From Candidatus Cloacimonadales bacterium (GTDB lineage: Bacteria; Cloacimonadota; Cloacimonadia; Cloacimonadales; JAIOQZ01), in assembly GCA_963665815.1 (NCBI GenBank), contig OY762463.1, positions 1,632,001-1,696,000 on the forward strand: a DNA stretch of 64,000 nucleotides, written 5' to 3'. Made by a program: the position numbers and the translations under genes. The notes below the pieces were generated by a model. That model made no database searches and was not told where the DNA came from. It was given only the letters and a program-made list of their open reading frames with translations. Each line of letters starts with the position of its first letter. Position 1 is the first letter of the stretch. Positions 33,162 through 42,151 of the stretch are shown in pieces.

Positions 33162-34556
33162 TTACGAAGTTTCACTCTGGTTGAAGTAATTATCGATGCT
33201 TTCCTTACCTACATGGTCAAGAAGTCTGACATATAGTTGAAGCATACCTTCAATTTCACTTTTCTTTTCTGAGCATATTGAATTACTTGGAGATATATTT
33301 TCTGATCTCACGAAACTCACATAGCATAAATCGCAAAGATGAGCTCCCCAGCACTTGCTGCAGTTCTTCCCTTTGAAATAAAGCCAATCTCTTTCAATTT
33401 CATTTTTTCTGGCAGAAATTATTCCTTTATCAAGATCTCCTATGGGCATTGCGTGATCAATTTTCTCACACATATGAAAATTTCCTTCGGGAGAGACAAA
33501 CAACATTGCATTTCCCGGAGAACAGGCATGATAATTGACATCACTTCCTGAGTTTCTGAAATGTATCCTCTTTATACTTGTAATCAGATCCAGGTCTCCA
33601 CTCAAAAGCTTGCGATTTTTAAATCTATCTATAAATCCTGCTCTTCTAGCTCCGGTAATATCATCAATTCTACTTACTTCATCTTCATCAAAAGATTCAA
33701 TTTTTTCAGCATCATCGCTATCCCAAATCATAGATACATGTGAAAAAATTGGATTATCCTGTTGCAGATCAAAAAGTTCAACGAAAATTCCGGGAGTTGC
33801 CGCAGTAGCTACGAAATTAACATATTCCCTGTAATAATCAGGATACCTGTCTGAAATAGGCTTCAAGTTGTTCATTATTCTATCATAGGTCGGTTCACCA
33901 TTCAAAGCGATTCTGTATTTGTCATGAATTTCTTTTGTCCCATCTACACTTACAAATAATCTGATCTTGTTGGCTAAAAAGAAATCGATATGCTCTTCTG
34001 ACATTGCATAACCATTAGTAGTAATTGAAAATGTTATTTCGGACGGAAGCTCTTTTAAGTTTTTCACAATGTATTTCATAATGTCGAAATTTAATAGTGG
34101 TTCTCCTCCATAAAATCCGATATTCAGGTTCTCTTCCACATTGTAGTTTTCGTCAATCCATCTGATAAACTTGTCTGCTATCGTATAAGACATTTTCTTT
34201 GTTGAACTTGTTCTTGTGTAAGAATAGCTGTCCGAGTAGATACAGTACTTGCATTTTAAATTGCAGGCTTCAGTTAACCCAATAACAATTTTGAAAGGAT
34301 TTTTCTTCCTGTTTTCGTTCTTGATAGGCAAAAATGAGAATCCATTGCTTTCAGCTCTGTTTTTCATGTAATTCCGGAATTTATCGAAAACTTTCTCTAT
34401 TTCTGCATTTTCAGCATACTTATCAATATACTCATCTCTTGACATGCCCAAAAGATCATAAAATGTATTATACATGAATTCATTGATCTTAATAATGTTC
34501 GAGTTTAAAGAATCATAAAAGTAGACACCACTTACAGCTCTAAACTTTTTAAGCAC
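33162..34556 (-). CDS. Radical SAM/SPASM peptide maturase (cluster 2)
   Basis: TEACNLKCKYCIY, FYGGEPLL, ITTNG; CSPG..LFV..G.FHMCEK and CSKCWGAHLCDLC..C; RRE-like N-terminus. Confidence 0.9.
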   Translation of the reverse strand: MLKKFRAVSGVYFYDSLNSNIIKINEFMYNTFYDLLGMSRDEYIDKYAENAEIEKVFDKFRNYMKNRAESNGFSFLPIKNENRKKNPFKIVIGLTEACNLKCKYCIYSDSYSYTRTSSTKKMSYTIADKFIRWIDENYNVEENLNIGFYGGEPLLNFDIMKYIVKNLKELPSEITFSITTNGYAMSEEHIDFFLANKIRLFVSVDGTKEIHDKYRIALNGEPTYDRIMNNLKPISDRYPDYYREYVNFVATAATPGIFVELFDLQQDNPIFSHVSMIWDSDDAEKIESFDEDEVSRIDDITGARRAGFIDRFKNRKLLSGDLDLITSIKRIHFRNSGSDVNYHACSPGNAMLFVSPEGNFHMCEKIDHAMPIGDLDKGIISARKNEIERDWLYFKGKNCSKCWGAHLCDLCYVSFVRSENISPSNSICSEKKSEIEGMLQLYVRLLDHVGKESIDNYFNQSETS

Positions 34557-34573
34557 TTCATCCTCCAGTATAT

Positions 34574-35596
34574 TTATGATCCCTTCACTTCGGATTTCGT
34601 TAACTTAAATATTATTCCATTATAGTTAGATACCAGAAATACTTTTCCATTTGAGGACAGTATTTCTCCTGACAAAGTCATCATATCTCCGGGTAGCTCA
34701 CATGAAGATTTCAATTCTCCTGTGATTGAGTATTCGCAAACAAACTCTCTTATATCATAAAAATGCTTAATATCTTCTATCTTTGTCAGTGATGAATTTT
34801 TCTTCTGGGCTGGATCTACACCATATGCTCTTTCAACAACGTAAAATCTGTCGTTCATCAGCACTGCATTACTTGTTTTTGAGTATTCCGGAACAGCATC
34901 CCTGTTTACTGATGATGAGAACTGAATTTTCTCATTATTCAAATCTTTGATACACCCAACTCTATTTATTGGTACTCCTATTAGTGAATTCTCATATTTT
35001 ATAATATCTATATGTTTATTTTCTTCCTTTAAATCATTATCCGAGCAGAATTGATCCAACTTCCTCACAGTTTTAAACTCTCCATTATTATATACCGTTA
35101 ACTTATAATCAGGTGCAAAATGAGCAGTTGTAACATATATGCTGTCTTCATAATTGTATACTTTACCAATCGGGTGGAATTTCTCAGCTTTAAGAAAATC
35201 ACCTTGCTTAGAAATCCATTGTATTCTGGAATTAGCAAAATCACCTACAACTATATCACCATTTTTATCAAATGTGAATGAGTTAGGATAAAGAAATTCT
35301 CCGGGACCTCTGCCCTTACTTCCAAATTTTCTCAGAAATTTCAAACTGTTAATCTCGTAAACATAAAAAACTGCATTATCAATATCCAATACGTACAGTT
35401 CTTCACCATCAATATTGTGAATATTGTTAGCTCCAAAAGTAAAGTTTTCATCATCCTGCCATCCCAATGAATCAGCTACTACTAATACAGATTTTGAACC
35501 ACTTTCACCACTCTTGTCCTGCCTGACACAAGAAACAGAGTTCAAAATTATAAGTGTTAATACTGTGAACGTTAAACTTGCTATTCCTTTCCTCAT
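34574..35596 (-). CDS. 6-bladed beta-propeller lipoprotein (cluster 2)
   Basis: Lipobox-like NSVSC; FGSKGRGPGEFLYP; IVVGD..NSRIQW...G.FL. Confidence 0.8.
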   Translation of the reverse strand: MRKGIASLTFTVLTLIILNSVSCVRQDKSGESGSKSVLVVADSLGWQDDENFTFGANNIHNIDGEELYVLDIDNAVFYVYEINSLKFLRKFGSKGRGPGEFLYPNSFTFDKNGDIVVGDFANSRIQWISKQGDFLKAEKFHPIGKVYNYEDSIYVTTAHFAPDYKLTVYNNGEFKTVRKLDQFCSDNDLKEENKHIDIIKYENSLIGVPINRVGCIKDLNNEKIQFSSSVNRDAVPEYSKTSNAVLMNDRFYVVERAYGVDPAQKKNSSLTKIEDIKHFYDIREFVCEYSITGELKSSCELPGDMMTLSGEILSSNGKVFLVSNYNGIIFKLTKSEVKGS

Positions 35597-35669
35597 ATAT
35601 TCTCCTAAAATTAAGCTATCCGATGTTTTCCCTACTTATAAAATACAGCCCTTCAACTTAATTATCTTA

Positions 35670-35888
35670 CTATGATATACCTGAACTTGTATTGTTGCTG
35701 GATGAATTTACCAGTTTTCTGGCAGCATTCTGTTTAGCGCATCTTCTAGTTGATGCATCTCCAGCAGGATATGGTAAATTCTCACAAGTTTGACATTCCT
35801 GTGTGCTTCCACTGCCTGTGTCTTTATCAAGTGTAGAAGCTGTACTCACTATTTCCATTGAACATAAGTCAATTACATTATTATCCAT
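35670..35888 (-). CDS. Putative RiPP precursor peptide, 72 aa
   Basis: SD GAGGAG before ATG; four Cys including CQTC; Ser/Thr/Asn-rich; first gene of the propeller-rSAM-ABC operon. Confidence 0.82.
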   Translation of the reverse strand: MDNNVIDLCSMEIVSTASTLDKDTGSGSTQECQTCENLPYPAGDASTRRCAKQNAARKLVNSSSNNTSSGIS

Positions 35889-36150
35889 AATTTCTCCTCA
35901 TAATTTTATTACATCAGATAGCTTTTATTGTTTATTGTTTTGTTTAGTATTTTCTATCTTGCTAAGTAAAAAATATGTCGAAGGGGAAAACAAATGAGAT
36001 CCCTCTTACCTCTACATATATAAATCTTTTCTAAAGAACTTTTTGATATGTGTCAAGTTTTTTGTTTATACAAACTCATTTATGAATATTAAATTCATTC
36101 TAAAGAGATTAATGATTATCATATCAATTCCTGCTCACCATTATTTCCAC

Positions 36151-36637
36151 CTTCCCTCACAAAAAGCGGAAGTTGGTGAATGTTCTCCAAACCTTCACCG
36201 AGTCATAATAGCACAATCTTTCAGTTGTAAGTAGCCGATCTTATTCTTTTTTACTGTATAATAAATTTTCCCGTGAAGAAATCCTGAAGCCTTGGAAGGA
36301 TTTCAGGTGAGATTTATGGTTCCAGCTTGCTGGAAATACATTTAAAAAAGATGTCATTTCTTTTGCTTCGTTTTCTTTAGTCATATAAAGAAAATGAAGG
36401 ACTGTATCAATACTCTATCTCTTTTTGTTCTCTTCCCTCACAAAAAGCAGGAGTTGGTGAATGTTTTCCAAACCTTCACCGAGTCATTAAGTCAAAGAAA
36501 TTACAGAAAATCAATACTCTATCTCTTTTTGTTCTCTTTCCTCACAAAAAGCAGAAGTTGGTGAATGTTTTCCAAACCTTCACCGAGTCATTAAGTCAAA
36601 GAAATCACAGAAAATCAATACTCTATCTCTTTTTGTT
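36151..36637. repeat. 104-bp tandem repeat (2.2 units, 36406-36637) plus a separate 56-bp core copy (36151-36206)
   Basis: ATCAATACTCTATCTCTTTTTGTT starts at 36406, 36510 and 36614. The core CCTCACAAAAAGC...GTTGGTGAA-N13-TTCACCGAGTCAT occurs three times. Confidence 0.92.
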
Positions 36638-36700
36638 GACAGAAATTATCCCTTACAAGTTGATGTTCCTGAAAAAACATTAAAAAAGCAGGAGATTTCT

Positions 36701-38044
36701 ATGCCGTATATTTCTAATACTGAACAAGATAGAAAAGAAATGCTTCAGAAAATCGGTGTTTCCGAATTTAAGGAACTTATAGCCGATGTTCCGGAAAAAC
36801 TCCAGTTAAATAAACTGCTTGATCTGGAAGAAGCATATTCAGAAATCGAAATCACACGTAAAATGACCTGTCTTGCTAACAAGAACAAAACTACCGTTAC
36901 AACAAACTCATTCCTCGGTGCAGGAGTTTACGATCACTTTGTACCGGCTGTTGTGGATCACGTTATATCCAGACCGGAATTCCTCACAGCTTACACACCT
37001 TATCAGGCAGAAGTAAGCCAGGGAACACTCCAGTACATCTATGAGTATCAGACATTAATCTGCAACCTTACCGGAATGGAAGTAGCTAACGCCGGTATGT
37101 ATGACGGTGCTTCCGCTGCAGCCGAAGCTATTCTTATGGCAGTCAGAAAAACCAGAAAGAATAAAGCGGTTATCGCAGGAACAATCAATCCGGATTACGT
37201 TAAAGTAATTAAAGCCTATACAGAAGGTATTGGTGTTGAAATTGTTGTTGTTAACAATAAAAACGGACTTGTTGATGCTGAAGATCTGAAAGCTAAAATG
37301 GATAATGATACAGCCTGTTTCCTTCTGCAGACACCTAACTTCTGCGGTAGTCTGGAAAATCCGTTTGAAATAGAAGAAATCGTTCACAGCTTCAAAAAAG
37401 CTCTTTATATTGTCGCAGTAGATCCTATCTCTCTTGCAGTTCTTAACGCACCATCAGAATACAAAGCTGACATCGTTATCGGTGAAGGTCAGGTTCTGGG
37501 TAATAAACCTAATTTCGGTGGACCATTATGCGGATTCTTTGCAACTCATACTTCACTTGCCCGTATGATGCCGGGACGTATTGTTGGCGCAACCAAAGAC
37601 GTTGAAGGTAAAAAAGGCTATGTCCTTACACTTCAGGCTCGTGAACAGCATATAAGAAGAACCAAAGCAACCTCAAACATCTGTTCCAACCAGTCTCTCG
37701 CAGCTCTGGCAGCAACAGTCTACATGGTAACAATGGGACCGGAAGGGCTCAAAGAAGTTGCAGTTCAGTCTACCACTAAAGCACATTACCTTGCAGAAAA
37801 ACTCACAGCTATAGATGGCGTAAGTCTGGCAACAGATAACCCATTCTTTAAAGAGTTTGCCGTTAAGTTCGACAAGCCTGTAAAAGATGTTCAGAAAGCT
37901 CTGCTCGAAAAAGGTATTATTGCCGGTACAGATCTTTCAAAATGCGGATTTGAGAACACCCTTCTCATTGCTGTAACAGAAATGAAGACAAAGAAACAAC
38001 TCGATGAATTAGTTGAAGCTGTTAAGGAGGTATTCAATGCCTGA
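36701..38044 (+). CDS. gcvPA: Glycine dehydrogenase (decarboxylating) subunit 1
   Basis: FLGAGVYDH, TAYTPYQAEVSQG, AREQHIRR.KATSNICSN. Confidence 0.97.
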   Translation: MPYISNTEQDRKEMLQKIGVSEFKELIADVPEKLQLNKLLDLEEAYSEIEITRKMTCLANKNKTTVTTNSFLGAGVYDHFVPAVVDHVISRPEFLTAYTPYQAEVSQGTLQYIYEYQTLICNLTGMEVANAGMYDGASAAAEAILMAVRKTRKNKAVIAGTINPDYVKVIKAYTEGIGVEIVVVNNKNGLVDAEDLKAKMDNDTACFLLQTPNFCGSLENPFEIEEIVHSFKKALYIVAVDPISLAVLNAPSEYKADIVIGEGQVLGNKPNFGGPLCGFFATHTSLARMMPGRIVGATKDVEGKKGYVLTLQAREQHIRRTKATSNICSNQSLAALAATVYMVTMGPEGLKEVAVQSTTKAHYLAEKLTAIDGVSLATDNPFFKEFAVKFDKPVKDVQKALLEKGIIAGTDLSKCGFENTLLIAVTEMKTKKQLDELVEAVKEVFNA

Positions 38045-39488
38045 AACAATCTTTGAAAAACATGCTCCGGGAAGAAAAGGCTACACATTACCTGTTAATG
38101 ATGTAGATTTAAATATAGAAAACTGCATTCCTGCAGAATTCAGAAGAAAAGAAGCTGTAAAGTTTCCTGAATGCAGCGAATTAGATATAATGAGACACTT
38201 TGTTGAGCTGTCTCATCTGAATCATTGTATTGAGAAAGGATTTTATCCGCTTGGATCATGTACAATGAAATACAATCCAAAAATCAATGAAAATCTGGCG
38301 AGAATATCAGGATTGTGCGATATTCACCCTAACCAGCCGGAAGAAACCGTTCAGGGTGCACTCCAGTTATTGCATGAACTTCAGCAGGATCTCGCTGAAA
38401 CATCCGGTTTTGCTAATGTAACTCTCCAGCCTGTTGCAGGTGCACACGGAGAATTCACCGGACTGAAAATCATGCATGCATACCATCTGGCAAAAGGTAA
38501 TCACCATAAAAACGTTATTATCATGCCTGACTCAGCACATGGAACAAATCCTGCCAGCTGTACACTTAACGGATTCGAAGTGATCGAGCTTAAATCCAAC
38601 GATAAAGGTATGGTTGACCTTGAAGAACTGAAATCTCACATGTCAGACAACGTTGCAGGATTCATGCTTACTAATCCTAACACGCTGGGTATCTTTGAAT
38701 CACAGGTTGAACAGATTGCAGAGATTATTCACAGTGTTGACGGACTTATGTATATGGATGGAGCTAACTTCAATGCTCTGCTTGGAATCGTTAAGCCGGG
38801 TGAAATCGGATTTGACGTAATGCACTTCAATCTGCACAAAACATTTGCAACCCCTCACGGTGGCGGTGGTCCTGGGTCAGGTCCTGTCGGTGTAAGAGAA
38901 GACCTGCTTAAATTCCTTCCTGTTCCAATGGTAGGAAAAAGAGAAGACGGTACTTTCTTCCTGGATTATTCAAATGAAGAAACTTCTATCGGTAAAGTAC
39001 ACTCTTTCTTCGGAAACTTCTCACAAAACCTGAGAGCTTATGCATATATTAAAATGCAGGGAGCTAAAGGCCTGAGAAAAGTAGCAGAAAACGCTATTAT
39101 CAATGCTAACTATATCAGAAAATCTCTGGAAGATTATTATGATATTCCACATAACGAATCATGTATGCATGAATTTGTTGCCAGCGGTGAAAGACAGAAA
39201 AAGCTCTATGGAGTAAAAACTCTGGATATCGCTAAACGCCTTCTTGATAAAGGTTATCACGCTCCAACAATCTACTTCCCGCTTATTGTGCACGAAGCTA
39301 TGATGATTGAACCTACCGAAACCGAAAGCAAGAAAACACTGGATGAGTTTATTCAAGTGATGATCGATATTGCAGAAGAAGCTAAGAACGAACCTGAGAA
39401 CCTGAAGAACGCTCCGCTAACAACACCAGTAAGACGTCTTGACGAAACCGGTGCTGTTAAAAACCTGAATGTAAGATTCGAGATGTAA
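38037..39488 (+). CDS. gcvPB: Glycine dehydrogenase (decarboxylating) subunit 2
   Basis: YPLGSCTMKYNP, SAHGTNPAS, NLHKTFATPHGGGGPG; ATG 38037 follows AAGGAGG. Confidence 0.97.
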   Translation: MPETIFEKHAPGRKGYTLPVNDVDLNIENCIPAEFRRKEAVKFPECSELDIMRHFVELSHLNHCIEKGFYPLGSCTMKYNPKINENLARISGLCDIHPNQPEETVQGALQLLHELQQDLAETSGFANVTLQPVAGAHGEFTGLKIMHAYHLAKGNHHKNVIIMPDSAHGTNPASCTLNGFEVIELKSNDKGMVDLEELKSHMSDNVAGFMLTNPNTLGIFESQVEQIAEIIHSVDGLMYMDGANFNALLGIVKPGEIGFDVMHFNLHKTFATPHGGGGPGSGPVGVREDLLKFLPVPMVGKREDGTFFLDYSNEETSIGKVHSFFGNFSQNLRAYAYIKMQGAKGLRKVAENAIINANYIRKSLEDYYDIPHNESCMHEFVASGERQKKLYGVKTLDIAKRLLDKGYHAPTIYFPLIVHEAMMIEPTETESKKTLDEFIQVMIDIAEEAKNEPENLKNAPLTTPVRRLDETGAVKNLNVRFEM

Positions 39489-39510
39489 TCAATTACATAA
39501 ATAATATTTG

Positions 39511-39542
39511 AGAGACACGGCTCCGGCTGTGTCTCTTTTTTT
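39511..39542 (+). terminator. Intrinsic terminator after gcvPB
   Basis: AGAGACACGGC-TCCG-GCTGTGTCTCT followed by a T-run. Confidence 0.85.
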
Positions 39543-39588
39543 ATCAGGTGTAGTTATAACAAAGCGGGATGGGGTGTGTAGAATAGCT

Positions 39589-39615
39589 GTAGGGAACAAT
39601 AATCATTGTTCCGTA
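39589..39615 (+). repeat. GTAG-type REP-like palindrome
   Basis: GTAG+GGAACAAT-AATC-ATTGTTCC; a similar GTAG-led hairpin lies at 41267-41296. Confidence 0.5.
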
Positions 39616-39620
39616 TTATG

Positions 39621-39683
39621 AACCCTCTGTCTCGTATACTCGACATCTCCCTGCTGATGTTTTAGCAAACATCAAGGCAGAAC
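39621..39683 (+). repeat. Dispersed intergenic repeat element, copy 1
   Basis: AACCCTCTGTCTC..TCGACATCTCCCTG-hairpin-AGGCAGAAC; inverted homolog at 61810-61877. Confidence 0.7.
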
Positions 39684-39904
39684 TTTGTCTGCATCAGTCT
39701 GTGCAGTTCTGTAATACGCGTAGAGACATCCGGACAGTTGACTCAGATATTGCATAATTATAAAAATACAGCGAAAGAAAGTCAATACCGTTTTGCAAGT
39801 GGAATATGTAACAGTCACGAATAATTTTCTTGACCTATATCTTATACCAGAATCAACTTCTGATCAGGATTTCCCAGTGAATTTGATTAATAAGGAAAAT
39901 TAAG

Positions 39905-40314
39905 ATGAAAAATATATTCTTTATCATTCTTTTATCATTCTTTTACCATTGTTATTAGCAAGCTGCAGATTCCCTGTCGATTACATTCAATTAGGTAATG
40001 GTTACGTAATTGATCAAGAGAATAAATACCACTTATCTCTATTAAAATCTGTTTATAAGAACCATAGTTACCAGACAATAATACCTGGAGCATTAATTGA
40101 TTATAATTTTGATGATAACCACATTGTTTTACTGAGATTGGTTGTAGGAAGGGAAGGTCTTGATAGCGATATTTTACCTGATACTCCAAAACCTTATCAA
40201 TTATGGATTAATGATAAAAATTCACATAAAGTTTATGGACCGTTTAATCTTAATGATTATTTCAAAACAAGGCATGTTCTAAACATATCTGATAAAATCA
40301 AAGTCAGTATTTGA
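39905..40314 (+). pseudogene. DUF3997-like lipoprotein frameshifted by an 11-bp tandem duplication in the signal peptide
   Basis: The ATG 39905 frame stops at 39956. Removing one TCATTCTTTTA copy gives MKNIFFIILLPLLLASC joined to the 39949 ORF. Confidence 0.75.
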
Positions 40315-40330
40315 ACAGCATCATACTTCT

Positions 40331-41140
40331 TTAATCAATATTTCTTCTATGAAGCATCTCAAAATAAAGATTTTCCAGTTTTTCGACAGGAGGTAAATTG
40401 AGATTCCTGTATTTTTGAAGTATCAATATTGCTGAATCAATATCGTTAAGATAATTACAATAAGTATTTGCAATATTGATGTAACAGGAAGTATTTGATT
40501 CGTCCAAATCAATAAGCTTATTACAACATTGAATTGCTTTCTCAAAATCATTGAGATAAATGTACTTATCCCACATATAACTTAAAATCAGTTCGTTATC
40601 TGAATTTGCAATATCAATCTCATTTAAAATTGTTTCTGAAAATTTATTATATGTATGCCAGAACCTTAATACTAAATCATTAGAGATATTCAATTCTTTT
40701 CTTTTATGGATATAATCAAAAACATTCATCGAATCATAAACAATATCATTGTCTTTATCTATAATACAGAACTGTGATAAAGTATCAACTCTCACAGTAT
40801 GCCAATAAGCTAATGGATTGGTAACACCAACAGGTTTCCTCTGAAATGCCACTATGAAGTCGTCATTGAAAACATAGTCCTCAACAAAACTATCAACGAC
40901 AATATCTGCTGAGCCTTTGAATCTTTCTCTATATATACCTTTTCGGGGATCAGGACTAAGCATGAAGTAGTTACTGCCTAGCGAAATGTAATTATCGGGA
41001 AACCATTTAAATTCAGATTCAAACATCCTGATTAGCTTCTCAGTGTATGATAAATCTGATTTAAGAAACAAAGTAGGAACTATGGTCAATACAACACACA
41101 CAATTATTAGTAAAGTAACAATACTGATATTTCGTTTCAT
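40331..41140 (-). CDS. Membrane-anchored DUF3997-like domain plus C-terminal TPR-like repeat
   Basis: N-terminal TM helix; DYVFNDDFIV...IIDK...VY...DY...R..LNIS; DFEKAIQCCNKLIDLD TPR-like segment. Confidence 0.5.
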   Translation of the reverse strand: MKRNISIVTLLIIVCVVLTIVPTLFLKSDLSYTEKLIRMFESEFKWFPDNYISLGSNYFMLSPDPRKGIYRERFKGSADIVVDSFVEDYVFNDDFIVAFQRKPVGVTNPLAYWHTVRVDTLSQFCIIDKDNDIVYDSMNVFDYIHKRKELNISNDLVLRFWHTYNKFSETILNEIDIANSDNELILSYMWDKYIYLNDFEKAIQCCNKLIDLDESNTSCYINIANTYCNYLNDIDSAILILQKYRNLNLPPVEKLENLYFEMLHRRNID

Positions 41141-41335
41141 CTATCTGGAATCCGCAGTTTTTTTTATGAGCTACTACGCCTGAAATTTAGTCAAGAAATT
41201 TCACTTTTTCTGACATTTCAATCTGATATGAAATTAAATATCTGATCAATCCTCTACCACCATTCCGTAGATGTTTCCGATTTCTTAGTCGGAAACTGAG
41301 TGTTTATTCCTGAAATAACGAGAAAAATCAGTCAT

Positions 41336-42061
41336 CTATGATTTCATAATACTTGCTTTAGGCATATCAAACAAATCGGCCTCAAGAACAATATTACTTT
41401 TTAATGATGTTAAAGCATATGTTTGCACTTTTCCGGTTGATAAGTTTGATATCTTAGTGTCATGAGCTCTCATTATCCCGTTAATCTCTTTATAATCACC
41501 GTATTCTGTAAGAACCGTTTCACCAGTTCCCCATTCTTTTTCCTGAGTAAGCATAAATGTTTCAGCATCGAATGATTTCTCTATTCTCTTGTTTGTCAGC
41601 CTGTTTGTAATCAGCACTTTGAGGTTCTTCTTGCCATCAATAAATGTAATACCTTCAAAGTCTACTGTGAAGTCTTTGTTATCCTGATCCAGATGTTTAT
41701 ATTCATTCATTGCTTCCCGGACTTTTCTGGAATTTTCTTCAGAGTCATCAAATTCAGTGATATCCCCATTTACATATTGCCATATTTCTTCACCTGTGTC
41801 ACCCGATTCAAAATAGAGCTCGTCCTCAAAATAGTACTCTTTTCTGTTGTAACTGGGAATCTTGTTCCATTCCTTAACAACATAAGTATCTGAATCTCCG
41901 GACATTTCCGACTCGGTATATGTGTTGATTTCGTCAAGCAAAGCATCCAGACCACCCAAAGCTTCAGCATTTGCGTAAAGAACATCGTAACCACTGAGTT
42001 CTCGAACATTCTCTTTTATTTTCTGGATGGATTCTATTCCATTTATAGCACTTAATTCCAT
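41336..42061 (-). CDS. Hypothetical protein (LolA-like/lipoprotein-sorting-like C-terminus)
   Basis: 241-aa ORF after AGGAG; A.GG.DAL and FDAET.ML...EYGDYKEINGI patterns. Confidence 0.45.
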   Translation of the reverse strand: MELSAINGIESIQKIKENVRELSGYDVLYANAEALGGLDALLDEINTYTESEMSGDSDTYVVKEWNKIPSYNRKEYYFEDELYFESGDTGEEIWQYVNGDITEFDDSEENSRKVREAMNEYKHLDQDNKDFTVDFEGITFIDGKKNLKVLITNRLTNKRIEKSFDAETFMLTQEKEWGTGETVLTEYGDYKEINGIMRAHDTKISNLSTGKVQTYALTSLKSNIVLEADLFDMPKASIMKS

Positions 42062-42151
42062 AGTAACTCCTGCTGTATTATCGAATAAACGGGATAATTC
42101 TTTACAGATTAAATTAAAATTAATATATGGAATTAAATTTAAGAGGTAATT

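Noticed and set aside
35803-36234. Plus-strand ORFs 35803-35997 and 36043-36234
   Set aside because: One is antisense to the precursor gene and the other runs into the repeat core; neither has an SD.
36151-36637. CRISPR array
   Set aside because: The sequences between the repeats are near-identical rather than unique spacers, the unit is 104 bp, and no cas genes are present.
36151-36700. Tandem glycine riboswitch upstream of gcvPA
   Set aside because: The conserved GGAGA/CCGAAG/CTCTCAGG aptamer motifs are absent, and the likely -35 lies downstream of the repeats.
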